DNA of 64,000 nt, from positions 213,695 through 277,694 of the forward strand of contig CAVXWP010000006.1 of the NCBI GenBank assembly GCA_963765495.1, in the 5' to 3' direction. Position 1 is the first letter of the stretch; each line of letters starts with the position of its first letter. The notes under the pieces are model-generated. The model made no database searches and had not been told where the DNA came from. It saw nothing but the letters and a program-made list of their open reading frames with translations. This document shows positions 11,058 to 22,088 of this stretch, piece by piece. Origin of the DNA: Blastocatellia bacterium. GTDB lineage: Bacteria > Acidobacteriota > Blastocatellia > UBA7656. The translations under genes and the position numbers were made by a program.

Positions 11058-12170
11058 TTATATCAGATCGTCAATCGGTGTGTATTCGAGGCTCTGATCT
11101 TCGGCCACCGCTTTATAAGTGGTCTTGCCTTTGTATGTATTGAGACCGTGTTTCAGATGCGGGTCTCGTTTGATCGCTTCAACCAGACCGTGATTGGCGA
11201 TCTTTACCGCGAAAGGCATGGTCACATTTGTGAGCGCAAAGGTCGAAGTGCGAGGCACGGCTCCGGGCATGTTCGTCACTCCATAATGGAGCACATTCTC
11301 GACGTAATAAGTCGGTTGAGAGTGTGTGGTCGGTCTGGTCGTCTCTATGCACCCGCCCTGATCTACCGCCACATCGACTATCACCGCGCCGCGAGGCATG
11401 GCCGCGAGCATATCTCGCGTGACAAGCTTTGGCGCGGCAGCGCCGGGCACGAGCACCGCGCCTACGACTAAATCGGATGCCGAAACGGATTCGGCTATCG
11501 TGTAAGGGTTCGAAGCCAGCGTGCGGATACGGCTGCCAAAAATATCGTCCAGATAGCGAAGGCGTTCCAGGTCGCGGTCTATTATGTTTACAGCCGCGCC
11601 CAGCCCGACGGCCATCTTGGTAGCGTTTATGCCTACCACTCCGCCGCCGATTATAGTCACGCGCGCGGGCGCAACGCCCGGAACTCCGCCAAGCAGCACT
11701 CCGCGCCCGCCGTTTGTTTTCTCAAGATAGGTTGCGCCCACCTGTATCGACATACGTCCGGCGACCTCGCTCATCGGCGTGAGCAACGGCAGATGCCCGA
11801 AATCGTTTGTTATGGTTTCGTAGGCGACACCGGCTACGCCGTTATCGAGCAGGGCTTTTGTCAGTTCGCGAGCCGGGGCCAGGTGCAGGTATGTAAACAG
11901 TATCAGCCCTTCGCGCAGGCGAGGGTATTCCAACGGGATCGGCTCTTTGACCTTTACTACCATATCGGCGCTCGACCAGACCTCGTCGGCTGTGCCCACG
12001 ATCTGGCCACCCGCCGTCGTGTACTCATCATTCGAGATGCCGGACCCCTCGCCCGCCGCCGTCTCGACCAGCACCGTGTGCCCTGCATCCGTGAGCGCCT
12101 TTACACCCGCAGGGACAAGCCCTACGCGATACTCGTTATCTTTAACTTCCTTTGGTAATCCGACTATCAT
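11058..12170 (-). CDS. ald: Alanine dehydrogenase
   Basis: [44 protein letters not shown]. Confidence 0.96.
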   Translation of the reverse strand: MIVGLPKEVKDNEYRVGLVPAGVKALTDAGHTVLVETAAGEGSGISNDEYTTAGGQIVGTADEVWSSADMVVKVKEPIPLEYPRLREGLILFTYLHLAPARELTKALLDNGVAGVAYETITNDFGHLPLLTPMSEVAGRMSIQVGATYLEKTNGGRGVLLGGVPGVAPARVTIIGGGVVGINATKMAVGLGAAVNIIDRDLERLRYLDDIFGSRIRTLASNPYTIAESVSASDLVVGAVLVPGAAAPKLVTRDMLAAMPRGAVIVDVAVDQGGCIETTRPTTHSQPTYYVENVLHYGVTNMPGAVPRTSTFALTNVTMPFAVKIANHGLVEAIKRDPHLKHGLNTYKGKTTYKAVAEDQSLEYTPIDDLI

Positions 12171-12183
12171 ATCTCTCCTGTTA

Positions 12184-12268
12184 AGTGATCAGTGATCAGT
12201 AGTCAGTAAAAAGCGAATAGCCTGTAATTATCAACCGACCACCGGTCACTGACCACTGACTACTGCCT
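12184..12268. repeat. Inverted heptamer-repeat hairpin (AGTGRTC)n/(ACYGRCY)n
   Basis: 3 units plus ~5 inverted units between ALDH and ald. Confidence 0.65.
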
Positions 12269-13797
12269 CATCCTATGCCGCTTGCAATAGTATCTATCTG
12301 GGCGCGCTGGAGCTTGCCGGAATAATCCACATAGACGGCTTTCCATTCCGAGAATATATCCAGCACCTGTGTGCCGCCTTCACGGTGTCCGTTGCCCGTG
12401 GCTTTCGTGCCGCCAAAAGGCAGATGAACCTCCGCGCCGATGGTCGAGGCGTTTACATAAAATATGCCTGTGTTGAGGTCTTCCATAGCCCGGAACGCGC
12501 GATTCACATCCCGCGTGTAGATCGAAGCCGACAACCCGTAGCGCACGCCGTTGGCTATCTCGACCGCCTCGTCTATGTCGCGGCATTCGATGATCGACAC
12601 CACGGGGCCGAATATCTCTTCCTGCGCGATTCGCATGCCCGGATCAACCTTTGAAAAGACCGTGGGCTCGATAAAGTAACCATGCTTGAGATCGCCTTTT
12701 TCGGCGCGACCTCCGCCGCACATCAGCTTTGCTTTGTCCTCTTTCTGCCCTATTTCGATGTAGCCCAGGATCTTTTCAACAGCCTCTTCATTGATCACCG
12801 GCCCGACATCGGTTTTATCGCTTAGACCGGGGCCGAGCTTCAGTCTCTTTGCGCGATCAACAAGAGTGCTTGTGAATTTTTTGGCGACTTTCTTGTGTAC
12901 GACTACGCGCGAGGTCGCGGTGCATCGCTGGCCCGTAGTCCCGAACGCGCCCCACAACACGCCTTCTACCGCGAGGTCGAGATCGGCATCCTCCATTATC
13001 ATAATGACGTTCTTGCCACCCATTTCGAGCGAGCATATCTTGTCTTTCTCAGCCGATGCCTTCCCGACTATTCGCCCAACATCGGTTGAACCCGTAAAGG
13101 AGATCAGCCGCACATCCGCGTGGTCTACAAGCGCCGCGCCGGCCTGTTCGCCGTAGCCGGAAACGATATTGATAACGCCCTCGGGGACTCCCGCTTCCTG
13201 GCACGCCTCGACCAGATTATAAGTCGAGTGCGGCGTGTCTTCGGCAGGCTTTATCACAACGGTGTTTCCACAGACGAGCGCGGGCATGATCTTCCAGCTT
13301 GGTATCGCCATGGGGAAATTCCACGGCGTTATCAACCCGCATATCCCTATGGGTTCGCGTGTGCACATCGCGTATTTATTTGGCAATTCCGCTTTGGTCG
13401 TGAATCCGTGCAGTCGGCGGCCTTCGCCCGCGATGAAGTAAGTCATGTCGATCGCTTCCTGCACATCGCCGCGAGTCTCTTTCAGGACTTTGCCCATCTC
13501 GCGAGTCATCGCGCGGGCAAACTCTTCTTTGCGGCGGATCAGAACTTCCCCGACCTTAAAGAGGATTTCCGCCCGGCGCGGCGCGGGAACTTTGCGCCAC
13601 TTGCCGTAGGCTTCCGATGCCGCGCTGACTGCCCGCTCCACGTCTTCTGATGAGGATGCCGGGAAACGGCCTACGAGGTCGCGCGTGTCGGCCGGGTTGC
13701 GGTTTTCGATATATTCGCCCGAAGCCGGGGCCACCCACTCGCCGTTGATGAAATTACGATACTCTGTGCTTTTTACCTTAGCTGCTGGTTTAGCCAT
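12268..13797 (-). CDS. NAD(P)-dependent aldehyde dehydrogenase
   Basis: [28 protein letters not shown]. Confidence 0.95.
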   Translation of the reverse strand: MAKPAAKVKSTEYRNFINGEWVAPASGEYIENRNPADTRDLVGRFPASSSEDVERAVSAASEAYGKWRKVPAPRRAEILFKVGEVLIRRKEEFARAMTREMGKVLKETRGDVQEAIDMTYFIAGEGRRLHGFTTKAELPNKYAMCTREPIGICGLITPWNFPMAIPSWKIMPALVCGNTVVIKPAEDTPHSTYNLVEACQEAGVPEGVINIVSGYGEQAGAALVDHADVRLISFTGSTDVGRIVGKASAEKDKICSLEMGGKNVIMIMEDADLDLAVEGVLWGAFGTTGQRCTATSRVVVHKKVAKKFTSTLVDRAKRLKLGPGLSDKTDVGPVINEEAVEKILGYIEIGQKEDKAKLMCGGGRAEKGDLKHGYFIEPTVFSKVDPGMRIAQEEIFGPVVSIIECRDIDEAVEIANGVRYGLSASIYTRDVNRAFRAMEDLNTGIFYVNASTIGAEVHLPFGGTKATGNGHREGGTQVLDIFSEWKAVYVDYSGKLQRAQIDTIASGIG

Positions 13798-14111
13798 TTA
13801 AGTCTTCCCTCCCTTATTTTCGATAGTTCGGCAATCGCGACCGCATCTTCGGGCATCTTGTGGCATGCATAACAGGGCGTAGTCTTGTCAGGCGGTTTGC
13901 CCTTCTTAGGATGGCGCGGCGGCATAGGCGCTACCGTGGAATCTGGCGCGTGACACTCAAGACAGGTCTCGCGCGGGGTCTTCTGAGACAGCCCGGCGTG
14001 TTCAGGATGCGGCCCGAGCGGTTTCGGCTTTCGCCCGATGAGCGATAGAAAGATAAACAGACCGACGACGGCGATAGCGATGGCAAGAAATATCAGGTCC
14101 TTTTTATTCAT
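13773..14111 (-). CDS. Small membrane-anchored dihaem c-type cytochrome
   Basis: N-terminal TM; CLECH and CYACH motifs. Confidence 0.65.
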   Translation of the reverse strand: MNKKDLIFLAIAIAVVGLFIFLSLIGRKPKPLGPHPEHAGLSQKTPRETCLECHAPDSTVAPMPPRHPKKGKPPDKTTPCYACHKMPEDAVAIAELSKIREGRLKWLNQQLR

Positions 14112-14304
14112 AAAACCGCGCGCTATGGCGACTCTGACAGGTAGCCTGCTAAACGGCAAACCTGACGATATAAAATCTAAGTTTGCCAAACAGACATCTT
14201 ACACCAAAATCAGGTCATAGTCAGGTCAGAAAGCCCTTTTAATTGCCGCTCTGACCTCTTAGTCAGGGCTGGTCAGCATTTAAAATGTCATGTAGGAAAA
14301 CAGG

Positions 14305-14406
14305 AATAGGCCGGGACGGGCGCGGATGCGGCGGATCTACGCGGATTACCTCAAATAAGGTCTGATCCGCGTTGATCCGTCCGATACGCGCCCGTCCCGG
14401 CCTATT
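14305..14406. repeat. ~100-bp REP-like palindrome
   Basis: Perfect 20-bp arms AATAGGCCGGGACGGGCGCG / CGCGCCCGTCCCGGCCTATT; inner GCGGAT/ATCCGC pairs. Confidence 0.75.
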
Positions 14407-14632
14407 TCAATTCGCCTATAGTTCAAATCAACCTTTAACGCTTTTGCCGTTAACTTGTGCTCATCAGTGTCGTGATCGAGCACCTGATAGCGGCTCGTGT
14501 TGCTTTCAAGGTTCTATACATTTTCCTGCTCTTGATTGTCAATCGTTCTGAGTCGTCGAATTATCCACTGCCCGCCCGATGCCGTCTTCGGCTCGAATCT
14601 TTGCGCCCGGGTCTTTCGCTCGTCTCCTTATA

Positions 14633-17074
14633 TTACCTGGGACGGCGACCTCCGATACGCGGGCCACTGCCACCACGGAAACCGCCTCCTGCTGAACGAA
14701 AGTTGTCCCACCGCTGCTGCCCGGCGGCCCTCGCCGCTTGCTGATCTTGAAAATGGCGGGTGTCCGCCGACCGGCTTACCGATGACCAGCCACTGCTCGT
14801 GTGTTGCTGCAAACCGTCTGACTTGTTGTAGCGGTAGACGTTCCCATCCCTCCCTGCGTAGACATTGTTCCCTCCGACCGCAACCCCTGTGTCGGTTCTT
14901 GTGTTATAGGCGAAACCTCTCCCGGCTGCCGTGACCTCTCCAGTAGAGGCGTTGTAGGTAGCGCCAGCCGCGCCCCCGCTTATCACTCCTGTTCGAGGGT
15001 TATAGCCCGCGCCTCGCGCGCCGACTGCGGCGTTGCCCGTGTAGGCATTGCTTGCGGAAACAGCCTGCCCCGCGCCGCCCCTGCCTGTGATCGGGTTGTA
15101 GGCGCCTCCGCCTCCGCCTGTGACGGTCGTGCCGGTGTAAATATTGGTGTTGGTTCCGCCTCGGCCATAGTACCTGGTGCCTGTGGCCGTGTTGACGCCA
15201 GAGTATACGCCGCCCCTGCCGTAGTTGCCAGTATAGGGATTAGCCCAGGCGGCCCTCGTCCCGGCGTATGCTACATTTCCCCATTGACCGTAAACATTGG
15301 CCGCCGCCACGCCGCCGTAGCCGCAGCAACCATAGGCATAATAACCCGTCGCCGGGCCATACCACGGAGCCGGATAGTAATAGCCGCTCCAGCCGTACCC
15401 GACGCCGTACGCAATGCCCCAGCCGCCACTCGTGCTCCAGGCAAAACCGACACCGTAGCCGTAAGTGTATGACCAGCCATGCCAGTAGGTGCCGATATAA
15501 GGCGGATAGTACCAGCCCGTGCCGTACACCACGACATTGGTTGAAGAGACTACCGTCCCATAATAGCCGGGCGTGTATCCTGCATAGACTACCTCCGGCG
15601 TCGAACCGTAGACCTTGACGTAAGTCACATTATGCACGGGCGAGTCTGGCGGAATCGTGTAAATAACTGCTGGAACCGAACTCGCCGCGATCCACGGGCC
15701 GGTAGGCGAGGCAGCCACAAACCAGACTCCGTTTTCCACCGCGTAGTAGCTGTTCGAGTTGAGGGCAATGACCGGCGTGGGCGTGTTGACCGCGTATTCG
15801 AGCGTTGTGCCTTCGATTGCCCTGAACTGTGGCTGACCGTCGTAATTGACCCGAAGCGTTGCCTCGCTCCGCGTGATTGTCGCGGTCTGCGGGATGTCGT
15901 TTGCAATCAGGGCCTCCATCGCCTGTGGCGTGCCCGGGATCGAGACCAGAACGCCCGCCTTTACGTGCGAGGGAGGAATCCTGGCGAAATCAGCCGGCAA
16001 CTCGCCGCCCGGCACAAATTCCCACGGGCCTTTCATCGATTTCGACCGAAACCAGCGACCGGAAAACAACACATAATGATCCTCGGAGGCCGTGTCTACG
16101 AAAATATCGTTTTCGGTATTGGTCACATAGACAAGGCGCGTTCCTTCAATCGCTGCGATCTGAGGGTCGCCCTGTGTCTGAAGCAGTTCGGCAGGCCCGA
16201 GGCTTGTATAGATAACCGGGAGGGCGTCGGCCTTTGCGGCTTCCTCAAGCGACGGCCTCTTGTTACCACTCGCCGCCCCGTCGAGCGGGTCCACCTGCCG
16301 GGTCTCTTCCGCCACGGTCAACGCTTTTTTCAGGTCGGCGGGCACGCTCTCGGCGATCACCCACGGCCCGGTCACCGCGGCAGCTTCCATCCATCCGTCC
16401 ATCAAATGCAGGTAGAATTTGCCCTGTGATTCATCCCGCAGGATGAGCACTCGCGTGTTGATCACGCGCTTTAGTTCGGTGTCCCTGACCGGGCGCAGCA
16501 CCGGGCTGCCGTCAATCAGAATCAGAATCGCCGCCCGGGTGCTGAAGAAGATTTGCGGCGGATCGTTCTTGAGTTGATACCCGGCTGTTTGTTCATCTGC
16601 CCGGGTGGTGGCCAGATCGGCCAGCAGTCGGTCGAGCGCAATAACTTCGCCCGCTTTCGGCACCCGCTGCTCGATGACGTACCAGTACAGATTGGCCTTA
16701 TCGTCTGCCGTAGGGAAACTGACTTTCGTGATTTGAAAATCGGCCATCGTCACCAGCCGGTTTATCTTGTCGATCTCGGTTCGGGCCGTAAACCAGAGAA
16801 CTCCATAAGTCGTTTGCTTCGATTGCCCGTCGGTGACAGCGACCGCTGCGCGTGCTTCAAGACGATTGCCCTGCCACTGCTCAATCTGCGGCTGATAGAC
16901 TGAAAACGTATTTGCGCCACTCGTGAACTTTCGCGGCCAGCCCTTATCGGTCAGCGCGGCCTTCTGATTACCTGCTACCCTGGAGGCAGACTGAGCAAAG
17001 CAGATCGGCGATGATGCTGCCGAAACGCAGATTACGAAGAAGAGAAGAATGAGCCTTTTCAAAATGAAATTCAT
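14633..17074 (-). CDS. Large secreted hypothetical protein with Gly/Tyr-rich C-terminus
   Basis: 813-aa ORF, signal peptide, repeated GPW motifs, low-complexity G/Y tail. Confidence 0.8.
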   Translation of the reverse strand: MNFILKRLILLFFVICVSAASSPICFAQSASRVAGNQKAALTDKGWPRKFTSGANTFSVYQPQIEQWQGNRLEARAAVAVTDGQSKQTTYGVLWFTARTEIDKINRLVTMADFQITKVSFPTADDKANLYWYVIEQRVPKAGEVIALDRLLADLATTRADEQTAGYQLKNDPPQIFFSTRAAILILIDGSPVLRPVRDTELKRVINTRVLILRDESQGKFYLHLMDGWMEAAAVTGPWVIAESVPADLKKALTVAEETRQVDPLDGAASGNKRPSLEEAAKADALPVIYTSLGPAELLQTQGDPQIAAIEGTRLVYVTNTENDIFVDTASEDHYVLFSGRWFRSKSMKGPWEFVPGGELPADFARIPPSHVKAGVLVSIPGTPQAMEALIANDIPQTATITRSEATLRVNYDGQPQFRAIEGTTLEYAVNTPTPVIALNSNSYYAVENGVWFVAASPTGPWIAASSVPAVIYTIPPDSPVHNVTYVKVYGSTPEVVYAGYTPGYYGTVVSSTNVVVYGTGWYYPPYIGTYWHGWSYTYGYGVGFAWSTSGGWGIAYGVGYGWSGYYYPAPWYGPATGYYAYGCCGYGGVAAANVYGQWGNVAYAGTRAAWANPYTGNYGRGGVYSGVNTATGTRYYGRGGTNTNIYTGTTVTGGGGGAYNPITGRGGAGQAVSASNAYTGNAAVGARGAGYNPRTGVISGGAAGATYNASTGEVTAAGRGFAYNTRTDTGVAVGGNNVYAGRDGNVYRYNKSDGLQQHTSSGWSSVSRSADTRHFQDQQAARAAGQQRWDNFRSAGGGFRGGSGPRIGGRRPR

Positions 17075-17144
17075 ATGCCACCTCTGTTTTTGCTGAATCG
17101 CGGGAAGAGACCTTCGACCCGGAGTTCAGCCCGTAGAACCTTCG

Positions 17145-17834
17145 CTACCGCGCCGTTCGCTCGTAGTCGAAGTTTTCAGTGAGTAATGTTAGCTCCTCGC
17201 TCGGATAGTCAATCACGGAGCGAGCCATGTGGGTCGGGCCCTGCGGCAGGTCTTGAAAATCTGAAACGATTCTCACAGGCTTCTTGTCCAGGGTTGTCTG
17301 AATCTCTACCCTTCGCTGCTTTTTTGTCACTAAGTCAACCCACACGGTCATCGAATCCCCAGGCTGGAGGAGGTTGCTGCCGCTGATGCTAATCAGCTTT
17401 TGCTGCGAGACTACTTCGGGCGTCACGCGCGCGGCTGCCATGAAGCGCTGCATTTCGTCGGCTGAAAGCTCGCTATAGGATTTAGCCAGCCTGCCGAGGC
17501 TATCGAGCGTCTCCAGGAAATTCTCTTTTTTCTTCTGAGCGATACGACCCCGGATGCCGTGTGTCGGTAACTTCTGCTCCGGCGTACTTGAGATCGGCGT
17601 CTTCTGCAAGGTGCCGTCAATGTCGTAGCGCATAAGGGCTAGCTGAACGCTTCTGGTTTCGCCTCCCTTTCGAATTTCGGTTCGCGATTTCCAGGCGTAT
17701 TGCGCGAGCGCCCCCGCATTCTGTTGCTGTAACCGGGCAAAGCTCCGATCCATTTGGGAGGGGAAGGCAACCCCTGTCAGCAACAGAATCACCATCCCAA
17801 ATTCAATTCCGCGACGGATAGCAAGATATTTCAT
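17145..17834 (-). CDS. Secreted hypothetical protein
   Basis: 229-aa ORF with RBS, co-oriented operon. Confidence 0.72.
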   Translation of the reverse strand: MKYLAIRRGIEFGMVILLLTGVAFPSQMDRSFARLQQQNAGALAQYAWKSRTEIRKGGETRSVQLALMRYDIDGTLQKTPISSTPEQKLPTHGIRGRIAQKKKENFLETLDSLGRLAKSYSELSADEMQRFMAAARVTPEVVSQQKLISISGSNLLQPGDSMTVWVDLVTKKQRRVEIQTTLDKKPVRIVSDFQDLPQGPTHMARSVIDYPSEELTLLTENFDYERTAR

Positions 17835-17855
17835 GGTAATCTCTCCTCTCTCGGA

Positions 17856-18386
17856 TTAACTCTTCCCGGCTTGATCCTTGAGGAACTTCTGCACGAGCCT
17901 GGCTACGCCCTTGTTGACATCCTTATCAAGCTCCTTCTGTTTGACCGTACCGGAGACAAACCCGCGCCAGACCTCTTGCTGCGTTCGACTGTCAACGAAA
18001 ACCACTACAATCGTGCCTTCCGTCACCTGATCCACGTTAATGCTTCCCATCCTCTGGAAGATGCCGAAGCGATTATCCCGAATATCGAGCGCCTTGCGAG
18101 TCGTAACAAAGTAGGCGATCAAGAAGTCGGGCTGGCCGCTCGTGCTGTCTGTAAAGCCGTGCGCCTTCAGTTGAGAATCGAGGGCATCGTGGATGCGGCG
18201 ATCATTCAGGGGGCTTGCCGCGAGCGCATCACCGGGCTTTCGTTCCTGTTGATAGAAGTCATAGGACTTGAGCCCGGCGAGATTGAATGAGTGGTCATAA
18301 TCTGTTTGTACCGACTGCGCTGTGGCGGCAATCGAGCAGATCATCATCAAAAGACCGCTGCCAAATAAGACGCGAAGTGTTTTCAT
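17856..18386 (-). CDS. DUF4136 family protein
   Basis: TDYD...F, EGTIVVVFVD...VWRG. Confidence 0.8.
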   Translation of the reverse strand: MKTLRVLFGSGLLMMICSIAATAQSVQTDYDHSFNLAGLKSYDFYQQERKPGDALAASPLNDRRIHDALDSQLKAHGFTDSTSGQPDFLIAYFVTTRKALDIRDNRFGIFQRMGSINVDQVTEGTIVVVFVDSRTQQEVWRGFVSGTVKQKELDKDVNKGVARLVQKFLKDQAGKS

Positions 18387-18540
18387 AACTTTTCTCCTTT
18401 TCGTTGCTTAATCTCGGGCGCAAGAAAGCAGGGTGAGGCGGATGGTTTCTGTTCTCTCTGATGCAAAACGCTACTGTCTCTTTTCCGCGAACCCTGTTTT
18501 TGTGGTCCGCGACTGCTCTCTTGCGACGCCTGGAGAAAAG

Positions 18541-18555
18541 GCAATCGCTTTGCCA
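18541..18555 (-). promoter_or_regulatory. Sigma54 -24/-12 promoter for the DUF4136 operon
   Basis: Minus strand TGGCAAAGCGATTGC (GG-N10-GC). Confidence 0.65.
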
Positions 18556-18652
18556 GAAGACAGGCAAGCCGGGCACAGAGGTCAAATTAATGAAAGAAGG
18601 GAAGTTACACGGATAGGTAGTAAGATGCCGAAACGCAGTGCCGAAGAGAGTT

Positions 18653-18688
18653 GTGCCCAGATTTTGGCTCGAGCCAAAATCTGGGCAC
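18653..18688. repeat. Perfect 36-bp palindrome
   Basis: GTGCCCAGATTTTGGCTC|GAGCCAAAATCTGGGCAC, no loop. Confidence 0.8.
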
Positions 18689-18729
18689 TGTAAATTTCAA
18701 AAAAACAGATTTATTGGGTCAAAGAATGA

Positions 18730-21336
18730 TTACGATTTGCCGCGCTCAAGACCCAGCTTCTGCATTCTGTGCTGGAGTGTAGTTCGCTTCATTCCCAGCC
18801 GCGCGGCTGCGCCCTTTGAGCCGCCGACAACCCAGTTGGCCTCTTCCAGCGCACGCAGGATGTGTTGGCGCTCGGCGTCTCGGAGATCGGCGAGTCCAGT
18901 CACGGGGGCGGGCTCTGAAACTTTAAGGTCAGAGAGCGAGACCTCCAGATCAGAGCCTCTGGTGAGAATAACTGCACGTTCGATAAAGTGCTCAAGTTCG
19001 CGGACATTGCCCGGCCAGGGGTAAGCAGTCAGCGCCGCCGTGGCTTCGAACGGGATCGCCGCGATCTGTTTCTTGAGGCGGCGGGCATATTTCTGTGTGA
19101 AGAACCGCGCGAGCACCGGGATGTCTTCGCGGCGGTCGCGTAAGGGTGGGATGGTGACCGGAAAGACGTTGAGCCGGTAATACAGATCGCTGCGATACTT
19201 TTTGTCGGCGACCATCTCTTCGAGGTCGGCGTTAGTGGCGGCGATCAAACGGACATCGACCTTCTGAGTGCGAGTGCTGCCGAGGCGTTCGAACTCCTGC
19301 TCTTGAAGGATGCGTAATAATTTAGGCTGCAACTCAAGAGGGATGTCGCCGACTTCATCGAGAAAGAGAGTGCCTTTGTTGGCGAGTTCGAAGCGCCCGA
19401 TGCGCTGAGAGATAGCGCCTGTGAAAGCGCCTTTTTCGTGGCCGAAGAGTTCGCTTTCGAGCAGGCCGGTCGGGATTGCCGCGCAGTTGAGTTTAACCAG
19501 CGCGCGGTCGCGGCGCGCGCTCAAAGAGTGAATCGCGCGGGCGAGCAGTTCCTTTCCCGTGCCCGTCTCGCCGCGGATAAGGACGGTCGAATCGGTGGGC
19601 GCGACCGTCTCTACCTGTTTGAGGATGCGCTTGAACGACGGACTTGTGCCGATCAATTCCTCGAAGTTGTGTTCGGTGCGGATTTCGTCTTCGAGGTAGA
19701 GTTTCTCGCTGGCGAGTTTATTTTTGAGCTTCTGAATCTCACGAAACGCCAGGACGTTTTCGACAGCAATCGCGACCTGGTTGGCGACCTGGCAAAGCAG
19801 TTCGACTTCATCTTCGGTGAAGTGAGCCTCATGAAGAGTGGCAAACCCGAGGGTGCCCAGCGTGCGGCCATGAGCGATGAGCGGGATCGCGCCGCCTGAC
19901 CTAAAACCGGCTTCCTGAAATCGTTTGGTGAAATCCGAGTTCAGGCGTTCGCCCTTATGCCGGTCGAGCAAAACCGGCTGCCCCGTCTTGAAGGCCAGAC
20001 CGGGGGCGGAGCCTTCGAAGGGAATCGGTTGCCCTTCATCAATAAATTCCTGATCGGTAGGATTGGAGTATGCGCGCAACTGGTTGATTTCGGGATCAAA
20101 AAGGGCCAGCCCCACGGCATCGTAATGTGATACTTTGGCCAGACAGATCGGAATGATTTCCATAAGACTGCGCAGATCGAGATTCGAGACCACAGCGTTG
20201 TTGATTTCAAGCAGTAGTTGGAGCCGCTCGGACTGACGCGTGGCCTGCTGCTCAACCTTGCGCGCCCTCTCAAAGTTGAGCGCGTTGTCCACGGCGATGG
20301 CGATCTGGTTGGCGACCTGACACAGCAACTCCTTGTCGCCGTCGAAAAAGGCATTCTCCCGTTTGCTTGCGAAACTCAGTACCCCCAGCTTGCGGCCCTG
20401 AGCAATCAGAGGGATGGTGCCGCCCGATCTGTAACCGTCTTCATAGATTCGCCTGAATACGTCGGAGGGGAATTGGTCTAAATCAAACCTGTCGAGTAAG
20501 ACTGCTTGACCGGAGGTAAAGGCAAGGCCGCCGGGAGTATCTTCGAGCGGGATTGGGAGCCCTATCTCCCTGAGAGGGTTTCCGGGCGTGGCATCGGTCG
20601 CGATGGTGCGCAGTTGACCGCTTTCGTAATCGAACAGCGATACGGTGACGCTGTCAATCTCTATCTCTTCGCGGATGCTGGAAGAGATGATCTTTAGAAG
20701 TTCCGGCAGGTCCAGTTGCGAAACAACGGCGGTGGTGATCTTCAGCATCAGCCGGAGATGTTCGAGCCGGCGCTTGCTGTCGCTTTCCGTTGCGCGAGCA
20801 TTCTCAAAGGCGATCACAGTCTCTACGGCCACGGCCACAATCATTGCTATCCGTCGCAGGAGTTCCTGATCGTCTTCGGTCCACGCATCTTCATACAGGC
20901 TACAGAATTCGAGCGCGCCCATTTGCCTGCCCCCCGATGTGAGCGGGAGGAGATAGAGGGTTTTGATGTCGTTCTGGCGCAACCCGGCGACCTGCGGATA
21001 GCGGCCCTCATACGCGGCGAGGTCGGTAATAAGCAACGGCTGCCCGGTTTGCCGGACAAGGCCGGAAAGCGTCGCTTCGACCGGCAATTCGGTGCTGAGC
21101 CAATCTCTCGACAGAATAGATGATTTCGGAATATGCGTACGCATCAGGTTGCTTTTCCGATCATAGAGTACGACATTCATGCTTGAGAAACTGACTACCT
21201 GTTGTAATCGTCCATTCAAATCTTGTAGCAACGAAGAGAGATCATGTTGAGCGGTGAATGATTCGACGATATCAAGCAGCGCCTGATACTGCCGGAGCCG
21301 GGTGTGGGGGAGTGAGTGTTGCGATCCAGCGTCCAT
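18730..21336 (-). CDS. FhlA-like sigma54-dependent activator (3 GAF, AAA+, Fis HTH)
   Basis: GETGTGKE, GAFTGA, LFLDEVG, WPGNVREL, AAARLG; three GAF-like repeats. Confidence 0.92.
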   Translation of the reverse strand: MDAGSQHSLPHTRLRQYQALLDIVESFTAQHDLSSLLQDLNGRLQQVVSFSSMNVVLYDRKSNLMRTHIPKSSILSRDWLSTELPVEATLSGLVRQTGQPLLITDLAAYEGRYPQVAGLRQNDIKTLYLLPLTSGGRQMGALEFCSLYEDAWTEDDQELLRRIAMIVAVAVETVIAFENARATESDSKRRLEHLRLMLKITTAVVSQLDLPELLKIISSSIREEIEIDSVTVSLFDYESGQLRTIATDATPGNPLREIGLPIPLEDTPGGLAFTSGQAVLLDRFDLDQFPSDVFRRIYEDGYRSGGTIPLIAQGRKLGVLSFASKRENAFFDGDKELLCQVANQIAIAVDNALNFERARKVEQQATRQSERLQLLLEINNAVVSNLDLRSLMEIIPICLAKVSHYDAVGLALFDPEINQLRAYSNPTDQEFIDEGQPIPFEGSAPGLAFKTGQPVLLDRHKGERLNSDFTKRFQEAGFRSGGAIPLIAHGRTLGTLGFATLHEAHFTEDEVELLCQVANQVAIAVENVLAFREIQKLKNKLASEKLYLEDEIRTEHNFEELIGTSPSFKRILKQVETVAPTDSTVLIRGETGTGKELLARAIHSLSARRDRALVKLNCAAIPTGLLESELFGHEKGAFTGAISQRIGRFELANKGTLFLDEVGDIPLELQPKLLRILQEQEFERLGSTRTQKVDVRLIAATNADLEEMVADKKYRSDLYYRLNVFPVTIPPLRDRREDIPVLARFFTQKYARRLKKQIAAIPFEATAALTAYPWPGNVRELEHFIERAVILTRGSDLEVSLSDLKVSEPAPVTGLADLRDAERQHILRALEEANWVVGGSKGAAARLGMKRTTLQHRMQKLGLERGKS

Positions 21337-21595
21337 AAGTTTTGCCGCCTGATTGGAGGTTTGGATACGGGGTCAGATTATAGCAGACCAGGGATTACTG
21401 ACGAGGGCGTTGAAACATTTTTTCGCCAGCCTGATGATAGAACCGGCCAGCGCCAATATCTCAGCAATTTCGCCGACATATCGGCACCGTCGCTTCGGCA
21501 CCTCTGCCCTCACGACCTTCTCAGTCTTGCCTTCAGGCAACGCAACCTCTTTCTTTTTAATAAGCTAGAGATTCGAGCCGCATTTTCACAGATCG

Positions 21596-21610
21596 TGGCA
21601 AGCCAGTTGC
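21596..21610 (+). promoter_or_regulatory. Sigma54 -24/-12 promoter for the efflux operon
   Basis: TGGCAAGCCAGTTGC (GG-N10-GC), ~35 bp before the first ORF. Confidence 0.65.
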
Positions 21611-21643
21611 CAGATCAAAGGCGTGTGGAGGTACAAAGCAGTG

Positions 21644-21955
21644 ATGCGTATCACTCAAAATCGAGAGCACTCAGGATGGCAGTTGTTTGTTGAAGGCATA
21701 CTGTCTGGCGTCTGGGTCGATGAATTGGAAAAGTGCTGGCTTGAAGCGAAGGCTTTGCCGGGAGACGAACAGTTGAGAGTCGATTTGTCGGGGGTCAGTT
21801 ACATCGACGACAAGGGGCGCGAACTCCTCGCGCGGATGTTTCGAGACGGAGCCGAACTACGGGCAACCGGAGTAATGACAAAAGGAATTATCGAAGAGAT
21901 CGCTGCTGACGAGACGACATCAGCAACAAACGGGGATTCAAAAGCGGGCCTATAA
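21644..21955 (+). CDS. Small STAS-like domain protein
   Basis: EGILSGVWVDELEKCW...VDLSGVSYIDDKG. Confidence 0.68.
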   Translation: MRITQNREHSGWQLFVEGILSGVWVDELEKCWLEAKALPGDEQLRVDLSGVSYIDDKGRELLARMFRDGAELRATGVMTKGIIEEIAADETTSATNGDSKAGL

Positions 21956-22088
21956 GGTCGCCGCGCCGAACGGACTGAACAAACTTTGAAGACCGCTCGC
22001 CCGGGTTGAACCCCGGAGCAGTTTCAAAACCATTGCAACAACATTTCGGCTTCGAGCGAGAGACGCGCCGGGCCTCGGAGATCAAACT

